This document shows positions 26,874-34,930 of a stretch of 64,000 nucleotides of DNA, one piece after another. The first letter of the stretch is position 1, and each line of letters starts with the position of its first letter. A model generated the notes under the pieces. The model saw nothing but the letters and a program-made list of their open reading frames with translations. It made no database searches and was not told the DNA's origin. Made by a program: the position numbers and the translations under genes. The stretch comes from Polyangiales bacterium (GTDB lineage: Bacteria > Myxococcota_A > Polyangia > Polyangiales > Polyangiaceae). The stretch lies in NCBI GenBank assembly GCA_038230375.1, contig JBBRNJ010000008.1, positions 32,001 through 96,000 on the forward strand, written 5' to 3'.

Positions 26874-28571
26874 TCAGGCGCCGCGGAGGGTCTCGAAGAG
26901 TTCGAGATCGGGGAGCGCTGTGGTGAAGCGGGTGGTCAGCACGCCGACCTCCTGGTCCTCCATGAGCTTGCAGAAGACCGCGCCGTCGTAGAGCGCGACC
27001 GGCGGTGCGTTCTGTGCCTGCGCCTCTTCGCGTGCGCCGGACAGGACCTGACCGGTGGTGATGAGCCAGCCAGCGGTTGCCGGGCCGTAGTGGTGGAGCG
27101 CGCCACGGAGATCGCTCACGCGCTCGCGGCCGATCTCGCGGCCGTCCTTGCGGATGACGATCGCCACCTTGACCTCGTCGGTCTGGGAGCGGTGTGTGCC
27201 GGCGAAGTGGACCTCGCCGCCGGGGGAGCCCGCGCGACGGATGCCGCGGACGTTGGTGAGGCCTGCGCGTTCCAGTGCGACGAGCGCGAGCTCGACGAAC
27301 GCGTGGCCCGGCAGCTCCTGCACCTTGCGGAGCGTGAGGCGACGCGCGGCCTCGCGGTAGCGCTCGAGCGCGGCGTTCGCGTCTTGCTCGAGCCGGACGA
27401 GGTCTCCGGAGAGCAGCCAGTCCGTGAGCGCGACGCGCTGACCCGCAACGAAGCGGAAGCGCGGACGCAGCCCGGTGGTCTGACGACGGAGCCCGTCTGC
27501 GCGCAGCGAAGCAGAGAGCTGCGAGACGGCAGCGGCGAAGTCGCCGCTCATGCGGCCACGACGCATCAGGCCTTCGACGACGGTGCGCATGGGCACCGCG
27601 CCCTGGTTCTTGTCGAGCCCGCTCATCACGACGAGCGCGGCGTCTGCGAGATCACGGCCGGAGAGGTCTTCGACCTCGCCCGCGGGGACCTCGATGCCGG
27701 TGGGCGCACCGCCAGCCATGATCTGCTGACGATCACGAATCATGGGACGCGGCGCAGGCGCGAGCGGATCGCGCGTGCTGTCGATCGCGCTGTCGCTCTC
27801 GACCAGGACGATCGCCTGCGGCTGGATCACGTCGCCGTTGTTCGAATGATTGCGTCCGCCGCGTTCACCGCGTTCGCCGCGCTCAGCGCCCGGGGTGCGC
27901 TCGGGGCTTCCACGGTCGCCCGGTACGCCAGTCGCCGCTCCACCTTCGGTGAAGCCCGGCTCGCCACCACGCCCACGACGACGACGGCGACGACGACGAC
28001 GACGTCCGCCATCCTCGCCAGCCACACCAGTCGCACCCGCGGTACCCGCAGCCGCGCCGGCGACGCTCGGAGAGGACGACGGTCCACCGAGGATCGGCTG
28101 ATCGTCATCATCTTCGTCGTCGAAGAGCTCCGCGCCGCTGGCCGCGAGATCGCGCCGGAGCGCATCCTCACCGGAGACCTCCACGTCGTCCTCGTCGGAG
28201 TCGGCGTCCTCGATGACCACGTCGTTGTTGCGCTGCGCGGCCTCGACCTCGAGCGCGTTCACGTCCGTGCCCTCGCCGTTGTCGTCCGCGCCATCGTCGC
28301 TCTCGGCATCCTTGGCGGCCTTGGCCGCGGCGGCCTTGCCCTTCTTGGTCCAGTTGCTGAGGCCGAAGACGCCCGGCTTGATGCGGACGATCGGGTTCTC
28401 TTTGTCGTCCTTCTTGATGAGCGCGGCGAGGCGCGAGCCCATCGTCACTTCGGGGCTCTTGCCCACGTGCGAGAGGAGGTTCTTCTCGATCGCAAGCTCC
28501 GTTATCTCCTTGTAGTGGAGCGGCTTGCCCGCAATTCGGAGGACTTCTTCCGCGGCTTCGGTGAATGTCAT
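26874..28571 (-). CDS. HARE-type HTH protein with C-terminal Mrr-like domain
   Basis: MTFTEAAEEVL...PLHYKEITELA N-terminus; acidic and poly-Arg linker; FVEL, IGRERVSDLRG, GWLITTG, LYDG. Confidence 0.8.
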   Translation of the reverse strand: MTFTEAAEEVLRIAGKPLHYKEITELAIEKNLLSHVGKSPEVTMGSRLAALIKKDDKENPIVRIKPGVFGLSNWTKKGKAAAAKAAKDAESDDGADDNGEGTDVNALEVEAAQRNNDVVIEDADSDEDDVEVSGEDALRRDLAASGAELFDDEDDDDQPILGGPSSSPSVAGAAAGTAGATGVAGEDGGRRRRRRRRRRGRGGEPGFTEGGAATGVPGDRGSPERTPGAERGERGERGGRNHSNNGDVIQPQAIVLVESDSAIDSTRDPLAPAPRPMIRDRQQIMAGGAPTGIEVPAGEVEDLSGRDLADAALVVMSGLDKNQGAVPMRTVVEGLMRRGRMSGDFAAAVSQLSASLRADGLRRQTTGLRPRFRFVAGQRVALTDWLLSGDLVRLEQDANAALERYREAARRLTLRKVQELPGHAFVELALVALERAGLTNVRGIRRAGSPGGEVHFAGTHRSQTDEVKVAIVIRKDGREIGRERVSDLRGALHHYGPATAGWLITTGQVLSGAREEAQAQNAPPVALYDGAVFCKLMEDQEVGVLTTRFTTALPDLELFETLRGA

Positions 28572-28753
28572 TCTGGTTCTCTCGCCGTTGTTCGGCTGCC
28601 CGTCGGGCTTCTGTGAGGGAGACCTTCCGCAGCGTGCACGATGGAGGCGGTATCGCCTTTTCTCGCCCGCTGATCAGAGAGGTTCTCTTTTTCGTTGTCC
28701 GAGAGACTGAGCCGGTCACTCTGGACCCGCACTCATCCCATCTCGGAATCCGG

Positions 28754-28782
28754 ACATTAGACCGGCCGCCCCCACAGGTCAA
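28754..28782 (-). promoter_or_regulatory. sigma70-like promoter of the HARE-HTH gene
   Basis: minus strand TTGACC (28782-77), 17 bp, TAATGT (28759-54). Confidence 0.55.
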
Positions 28783-28833
28783 ACGTCGAAAATCGGGAAC
28801 AGAAAACGCGCGGAAAACAAGCCCGGAACGAGC

Positions 28834-29559
28834 CTAGAACGAGCCTGCTACGCCCAGCACGGGCGTCCGGGAGTTCTGCGCGTCGCGCACGAAGCTCGTG
28901 TTCGGGTGGAGCGTCCAGGTGCTCTGGGGCGGCGGCGCGACCTCTTCGTTCGCGAGCACGGCGATGTCGATCGACGACGCGGAAAGGATCCCCACCATTC
29001 CGCCAGCGTAGCCGCCGAGCACGGCGCCCACGAGCACGCCATAGCCGCTGGTGTCGTTGCTACCGCCGAGGAGCACGGCGCCCGCGACGGCTCCGAGGAA
29101 AGCGAGCCCGGTCGGCAGCGCCGCTCGGAGACCGAAAGAGCCGAGCGCACGCAATCCGCTTCCGTGCACGACATGCACGATCGGACCACCCGCGAGATAG
29201 GCACCACCGCCGATGTAGACGAGCTCTGGCGCCTTCGCGAAGAGCCCGACGTGCGCGAGCACCACGGCGGAGACATCGATCGCGAGGATCGGCAGTCCGT
29301 ACCAGACCTTCACGGGAGGCCGTGGAGGGGAAGGGGGAGGGGGGAAGTCGAGGGCCGAGGGGGGAGTCTGGGTCGAGGTCGAGGTCGAGGTCGAGGTCGA
29401 GGTCGAGGTCGAGGTCGGTGTCGAGGTCGGTGTCGAGGTCGGCGTCGTCGACGGATCAGGCGGAGGTAGCTGCGGCAGTTCGTCTGCGGCTGCGGCGCAT
29501 GGAATCGCGCCGAGCGTCATTGCCACGGCCAACCCAAGTGCGTGCTTCCGGTTCAGCAT
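28834..29559 (-). CDS. exported/membrane protein with Thr/Ser/Pro linker
   Basis: signal peptide, TS repeats, Gly-rich hydrophobic helices, C-terminal GVAGSF. Confidence 0.75.
   Translation of the reverse strand: MLNRKHALGLAVAMTLGAIPCAAAADELPQLPPPDPSTTPTSTPTSTPTSTSTSTSTSTSTSTQTPPSALDFPPPPSPPRPPVKVWYGLPILAIDVSAVVLAHVGLFAKAPELVYIGGGAYLAGGPIVHVVHGSGLRALGSFGLRAALPTGLAFLGAVAGAVLLGGSNDTSGYGVLVGAVLGGYAGGMVGILSASSIDIAVLANEEVAPPPQSTWTLHPNTSFVRDAQNSRTPVLGVAGSF
29371..29440 (-). repeat. (GTCGAG)n tandem repeat encoding Thr-Ser linker
   Basis: directly visible; same unit as 8662-8734. Confidence 0.85.
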
Positions 29560-29612
29560 GTCTGCACAGTGTCGCCCGCATGGCGAGTCACTGCAAATGA
29601 CAACGGCTGAAT

Positions 29613-30716
29613 CTAGGGGGCCTTGGGCGCCGGGGGGACGACCGGGATCGCCTGCTGCCCCGTCTGCTGCGGGATCGGGTTCACGGGCGCCGCTTCCCTC
29701 GCCTTTGGCGCGCTCTCCTTCAGTAGCTCTGTCAGGCGCTTCTCGCGCGCGGTCTCGTCCATTCCGCCCGCGAGCTTCGACGCGTCGAAGGTGAGCAGCG
29801 GCAGCTGGCCGCCTGCGTTGTAGGTCGGCAGCTTCCCGTCCCAGTGTTCGAGCGCGCGATACTGCAATACGGCGGGCGAGACCGAGAGGCGGATGATCTC
29901 GTTCGCTTGTGCCTCCGCGCGCGCGCGGATCAGGATCGCGTCGGCGTCGCCTTGCGCCTTTTGACGCGTGGCTTCCGCGCCGCCCGTGGCCTGGGTAACG
30001 GCCTGGTCCGCCTCCGCGCGCACCTGGCGCACGCGGTTCTCGCTCTGGATGGAGTTCTGCGTGGCCTCCATGGCTCGGTTGATCGCGTCGGCGACGTTCT
30101 GAGGCAGGCGCACGGCGCCGTTGATCGTGAGCTGATCGATCACCACGCCATCCTTGCCGAGCTGGTCGCGGACGTGCGTGGTGACGTCCGTGATCATCTT
30201 GCTCTTGCCTGCGCCGTAGATCTCCTGCACAGGCATCTTGGAGGCAACCTCGTTGAAGGACTCGCGGATGACGTTGCGCATGTAGCCGTTTGCCAGGGCC
30301 TGCATGTCGTTCTGGCGGAAGCGCGCGTAGAGCTTCGGCGCGAGCGTGGGCTCGATGTGGAACGAGAGGCCAATGTCCGCGTTGACGTTCACGCCTTCCG
30401 CAGAGGAGAAGGTGATCGACTCGTCAATGGGCTTGCCCTCGTGCGGGCTCGCGGTCCAGACCACGTTCTGCACGCTCGTCGGGAAGATCACGACCTGCTC
30501 GAGCGCGGGGTTGTACGCGAACCAGCCAGTCTTCACCTCCATGTCCTGCACGCCGCGGTCGGAGCCCGCGAGCTTCACGCGGATGCCAACGTGCCCCGCG
30601 TCGATGCGCGTGGTGCATGTGCAGCCAGCAATCCAGATCGCAATGGCGATGACGCCAAGAAGACCGAAGCGCCGTGCAGAACGGCCGATTTTTGCGGTGT
30701 CGAACGACGTTGCCAT
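29613..30716 (-). CDS. SPFH/prohibitin (band 7) family membrane protein
   Basis: N-terminal TM, RIDAGHVGI, Ala/Glu/Gln coiled coil, WDGKLP. Confidence 0.9.
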   Translation of the reverse strand: MATSFDTAKIGRSARRFGLLGVIAIAIWIAGCTCTTRIDAGHVGIRVKLAGSDRGVQDMEVKTGWFAYNPALEQVVIFPTSVQNVVWTASPHEGKPIDESITFSSAEGVNVNADIGLSFHIEPTLAPKLYARFRQNDMQALANGYMRNVIRESFNEVASKMPVQEIYGAGKSKMITDVTTHVRDQLGKDGVVIDQLTINGAVRLPQNVADAINRAMEATQNSIQSENRVRQVRAEADQAVTQATGGAEATRQKAQGDADAILIRARAEAQANEIIRLSVSPAVLQYRALEHWDGKLPTYNAGGQLPLLTFDASKLAGGMDETAREKRLTELLKESAPKAREAAPVNPIPQQTGQQAIPVVPPAPKAP

Positions 30717-30759
30717 GCGCGCAGCCTAGCGCTTCTGTGCCGCGCGTGTCGGGCTACTG

Positions 30760-32241
30760 CTACCGAGCCGCGCCCAGCCCGCCAGCGTACGGAAGAATCG
30801 TCTTGAGATCGTCGTCGGTGAATCTCAGCTGGAGGCCCAGGAAGTAGTCGCGCTGGTCCGGCAGGAACACGTGGTCCACGCCGCCGAGCAGCCAGAGGCG
30901 CTTGATGAACTCGTAGCCCAGGAACACGCGGTAGCGAGGCTTGATGTACTCGCCGAAGCCGAAGAAGTCGTTCGTGACCTCGAAGCGGTTTGACAGAAGA
31001 TGCAGGTCCATGCCGATGCCGCCGGTGGACTCCTTGATGCCGAAGCGGCCGGTGAACGGACCAAGCTTGCGCGCGAACTGGAGTGTGAAGCGGAACGCGT
31101 CCTGCGTGGTCGTGGTGACCGTGCGGTAGTGCGATGGCTCGTTCGGGTTCGTGGTGTCGACGTCGGTCTGGGTGTAGCTGGTGCGGCCGCGCGGGTCGTC
31201 GATGAGCTCGATGATGTAGTACTTGTCCTCGCGCGGCTGCAGGCGGATGGAGACGTAGCTCTTGATGGTGCTCGCGAGAAAGTTGTAGTCCGAGCGGAGG
31301 CCAACCACGGTCTGGAGCCGCGTGAGGCGATCGACATAGTCGTTCACGCCCTCCGCGACGCCCTGCACCTCGTTGATGAGCGCGTCGTCCTTGACCAGCC
31401 TGCCGATGGTGCCTTCACCTTTGTCAATGCGCTCGGAGATGTGATCCGCGTGCTCGAGCGTGTTTTCCAGGCTCTTTGACGCGCGGTTCACGCGCTCGAT
31501 GGTGGACTGGAGCTCGCCAACGCCGCCATCCACGCCCGGCGCGTCCTGGCGCGCCATCAAGGCCCGCACGTCCTCCGTGACCACGCGGACGTTCTGAAGG
31601 ATCTGCTGGACCTCGGGTCCGCCCTGCGACGTGATCTTGTCGATGTTCGCGAGCGTGTCGTGGATCGCGATGCGGTTCTCCTTCACCATCAGGTTGATGG
31701 ACTCCGTCGCTTCGCTCACGTTCTTCAGGATCGCCTGCATCTGCTTCCGACCTTCGTCGGAGCCGAGGGTGGCGGCGATCTGCGTGGCGACCTTCTCGAT
31801 GAGATCCGCGATACGTCCGAGCTGGTCTTTGAGCGAGTCGAAGCTACGCGCGGAGGGCACCGTCTCGATGAGGTCGCCATCGGCCTTGTCCGGGTCGCCG
31901 AGCCCCGGTGTGACGAAGATGATGTTCTCACCAAGCAACGATGCGCTCTTGATCCCGGCCATCGCGGTCTTGTGGAGCTTCACGTTCTGGTCGATCGCGA
32001 TGTCGATGCGCGCGTTCTGGCCTTCGAGCGAGATCTTCTCGACGGTGCCAACGGCGATGCCCGACATGGTGACGCGCGAGTTGGGCACGAGGCCCGTCGC
32101 GTCGTCGAGGTACGCATGCACGTGGTAGCTGCCGCTGCGTCCCGTCTGCGGGCCAATGGTCCGATAGACGAGGTATCCTGCGCCCCCCATCGCCACGAGG
32201 AAGACGCCCACCTTGGCTGCTTGCGTCAGCTTTTGCGCCAT
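30760..32241 (-). CDS. MlaD/MCE family protein with long helical region and beta-rich C-terminus
   Basis: KVGVF TM, DATGL..NSRVTMSGIAVGTV, SLLGE..I..TPG, GEGTIGRLV. Confidence 0.88.
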   Translation of the reverse strand: MAQKLTQAAKVGVFLVAMGGAGYLVYRTIGPQTGRSGSYHVHAYLDDATGLVPNSRVTMSGIAVGTVEKISLEGQNARIDIAIDQNVKLHKTAMAGIKSASLLGENIIFVTPGLGDPDKADGDLIETVPSARSFDSLKDQLGRIADLIEKVATQIAATLGSDEGRKQMQAILKNVSEATESINLMVKENRIAIHDTLANIDKITSQGGPEVQQILQNVRVVTEDVRALMARQDAPGVDGGVGELQSTIERVNRASKSLENTLEHADHISERIDKGEGTIGRLVKDDALINEVQGVAEGVNDYVDRLTRLQTVVGLRSDYNFLASTIKSYVSIRLQPREDKYYIIELIDDPRGRTSYTQTDVDTTNPNEPSHYRTVTTTTQDAFRFTLQFARKLGPFTGRFGIKESTGGIGMDLHLLSNRFEVTNDFFGFGEYIKPRYRVFLGYEFIKRLWLLGGVDHVFLPDQRDYFLGLQLRFTDDDLKTILPYAGGLGAAR

Positions 32242-32291
32242 CTAGAACTCACGGTACGCTAGTTCAGGACCGGCGAAGAATCACGGCGTTT

Positions 32292-32813
32292 CTACAGCGT
32301 GGTCATCTTGTCTGGGTACTTCATCTCGAAGTGCCTGATGGCGAGCTCACCGACACCCATGATGCCGGAGCCCGCGATGACCGCGCGGACCCCCCAGCCG
32401 ACGACGGGAATCAGGCCCACACCCTCACGCGCAAGGGTCCTGAGCGCCACACCAGCGACATTGAGCGTGGAGGCGACGATCATCGTCTCCGCGTGTGAGA
32501 GGTCCTCGCCGTACACTTTTGCCACATAGTAGATGAGGTGCGTCTCGAGCGCGGCGAGCGCGGCGCTGGTTCCCGGTGGAAGCGGGAGCGCTGAGAACGC
32601 AGTGCCGAACGCGGCATACTTTCGCGTGATGGCGCGGGCCTTCACGCGGCAGAGAATCGGTGGCTTGGTGGCGAGTGCAGGGGGGCTCGGCGTGGCGGCT
32701 GGCGCGGGAACGGGAACGGCCGCTGCAACAGGCGCAGGTTCCTCGGTCTTGGGCGGCTTGGGTGTCTGGTCCGAGGGGCCGGTCGGGGCATCCATCCCTC
32801 TGTTGTTAGCCAC
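32292..32813 (-). CDS. DUF697-like membrane-associated protein
   Basis: ALPLP, VAKVYG, LIPVVGW; start uncertain (GTG 32813 or ATG 32795). Confidence 0.65.
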   Translation of the reverse strand: MANNRGMDAPTGPSDQTPKPPKTEEPAPVAAAVPVPAPAATPSPPALATKPPILCRVKARAITRKYAAFGTAFSALPLPPGTSAALAALETHLIYYVAKVYGEDLSHAETMIVASTLNVAGVALRTLAREGVGLIPVVGWGVRAVIAGSGIMGVGELAIRHFEMKYPDKMTTL

Positions 32814-32856
32814 GGCGCCGCCGTTGTGAAGTGCGGCACCAATGTCATGGGGTCCG

Positions 32857-34839
32857 TCAGCCTCCGTCGGGCAGGTCCACGGTGTCCATGATGTTGTCGT
32901 CGTCCGGGCCGCCGTCGTCGTCCTCAGCAGCCGGGCCGCCGTCCTTCGCCGTGGAGACTCCGCCGGGTGGTGGCATCGCGTCGAGCTGCTTGTCGAGGTC
33001 GGTGTGCCTCACAAGGAACGCATCGCGATCCTGGGGTGGGATGACGCGCACACCATCGAGCCGAAGGGCCTGAGGGTCGATGAAGATGTCGCCACGCTTC
33101 GCTGCGAAATGGAGATGCGGGCCTGTCACGCGGCCCGTCGCGCCGGCGTACCCGATGAGCTGCCTGGTCTCGACCTTGGCGCCCGCGTGGATGCCAGGCG
33201 CGAACTTCGACAGGTGGCAGTACGCAGTGACGATGCCAGACGCGTGCTCGATCTGGATCATGTTGCCGCACGGCCCCGAGTCGCCCGCGCTCTTCACGGT
33301 GCCCGCCGCCGCCGCGTAGATCGGCGTCCCCGTCTGCGCGGCGAAGTCGATGCCGTTGTGGGGCATCACCACGTGCAGCACCGGATGCATGCGGTGGGGA
33401 TTGAAGCGCGACGTGATGTGCGCGGACGGCACGGGCGAGCGATAGCCGCCGCGGAAGGGACGCTGCCCCTTCGCGTCGTAGAAGCCGGAGTGCTTGTCCT
33501 TTGCGCGGATGTGCTCGCCTTCTTTGGGTGGCTCGTGCGCGCGGTCGTAGTGGTAGACGCGCAGCGGGTCGCCCTGCGCGTGCTCGGTCTCGAACTCCAT
33601 CGCGGACAGCTCGCTCGTGCGCGTGCGCTCCCCCTCGATGAATTCTTCCTTCGCGATGAGCCGGATGCGCGCGCCGGCGTGGATGTCCGAGACCTCGAGG
33701 TGGCCCTCGAGGGCGTCGCTGGTCCACTGCACCATGTCATCCGCGAAGCCCGCCTCCGCGAGCGACTTCTTGTAGTCCTCCTTCACGATGAACGACGCGG
33801 TGCGCAGCCTGTGCTCCAGACGCAGCTGGATCTTCTTGCCCTTGAGGACGCCGTCCTCTTCCGTGGCCTGGAAAAGCTCCTCGGGCGTGGCCCAGAACTC
33901 GAACGCGACGACCTTGCCGGTGGCGCGGTTCTTCGCGAGCGCGAAGCTGTCCTTCGGCTGACAACGCGCGAACTCGTGCACGCCGTCGAAAGCCTTCAGC
34001 AGGCGCGCTATCTCGGGACGTGTCAGCGGAACGTGCGCCATGGCCGCGCCGAACGGCCGCTTGCCAATCTTGCCCTCGATGTACTCGAGCGCCTTGTCGT
34101 CCTTCAGCGCGCGAATGCGGTACGCAGGCGGCGGCGGCGGCCCAGCATCGACAGGCTCGGCATCCGCGCCCGCATCGAGCGCACCAGAATCCCCGAGCGT
34201 GGCAAGCGTGAGCCCCGCGTCCGCCACGGACGAATGGCTCGTCGACGCCGTCCCACGCATCCGCTCGCCGATGAAGAAGAACACGACCCCCAGAAGCGCA
34301 AGCCCCGCGACCGCCGCAACGATCCCAGCACGCCGAGTACGAAACGAAGGAGGAAGCCGGTCGAGAGGGGAGAGGGAAGGGGAAGGGGAGAGGGAAGGGG
34401 AAGGAGATGGGGAAGGGGAAGGGGAAGGGGAAGGCGCGGGGTGGAGGTGAGGGTCCGATGCAAGGTCAACGGCCTCGTCCGTGTTCTTGTCGCTGTCGTT
34501 GTCGCTGTCCTTGTCCTTGTCCTTGTCGACGTCGTTGTTCTTGTCGAGGTCGTTGTCCTTGTCGCTGTCGTTGTCGCTGTCCTTGTCCTTGTCCTTGTCG
34601 CCGTCGTTGTTCTTGTCGCCGTCGCTGTTCTTGTCGCCGTCGCTGTTCTTGTCGCCCTTCGCGTCGCCGTTCTTCACGGACTCGCCCGTCTTCTCGAGCT
34701 CGCGGCTCTTCTCTCGCTCGACGGTCGTCTCCGGCCTGCGGCTCTTCTCTGGCTCGCCGTTCTTCTCGACGTCAGCCTCCGCCTTGGGCTCCTCGCCCGG
34801 GGCGGCCGTCCCGTCCGTTTCACGCGCGCCTTCACCCAC
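32857..34839 (-). CDS. membrane-anchored M23 family peptidoglycan endopeptidase
   Basis: ITSRF, RMHPV, HNGIDF (HxxxD), YCHLS, TGPHLHF; TM helix after a disordered N-terminus. Confidence 0.9.
   Translation of the reverse strand: MGEGARETDGTAAPGEEPKAEADVEKNGEPEKSRRPETTVEREKSRELEKTGESVKNGDAKGDKNSDGDKNSDGDKNNDGDKDKDKDSDNDSDKDNDLDKNNDVDKDKDKDSDNDSDKNTDEAVDLASDPHLHPAPSPSPSPSPSPSPSLSPSPSLSPLDRLPPSFRTRRAGIVAAVAGLALLGVVFFFIGERMRGTASTSHSSVADAGLTLATLGDSGALDAGADAEPVDAGPPPPPAYRIRALKDDKALEYIEGKIGKRPFGAAMAHVPLTRPEIARLLKAFDGVHEFARCQPKDSFALAKNRATGKVVAFEFWATPEELFQATEEDGVLKGKKIQLRLEHRLRTASFIVKEDYKKSLAEAGFADDMVQWTSDALEGHLEVSDIHAGARIRLIAKEEFIEGERTRTSELSAMEFETEHAQGDPLRVYHYDRAHEPPKEGEHIRAKDKHSGFYDAKGQRPFRGGYRSPVPSAHITSRFNPHRMHPVLHVVMPHNGIDFAAQTGTPIYAAAAGTVKSAGDSGPCGNMIQIEHASGIVTAYCHLSKFAPGIHAGAKVETRQLIGYAGATGRVTGPHLHFAAKRGDIFIDPQALRLDGVRVIPPQDRDAFLVRHTDLDKQLDAMPPPGGVSTAKDGGPAAEDDDGGPDDDNIMDTVDLPDGG
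34366..34660 (-). repeat. low-complexity coding repeats (Ser-Pro run; Asp/Lys/Asn-rich DKNSDG and DK units)
   Basis: (GGGGAA)n and TTCTTGTCGCCGTCGCTG-type units on + strand; ends approximate. Confidence 0.8.
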
Positions 34840-34930
34840 GGGGAGCCGCCTTTAGCGGGAACGGGTGCGATCCGCAACCGCGCGCGATTTTCGCCCCGGG
34901 TCGAGCCGATGCATCCGGTAGAACCTTCGG

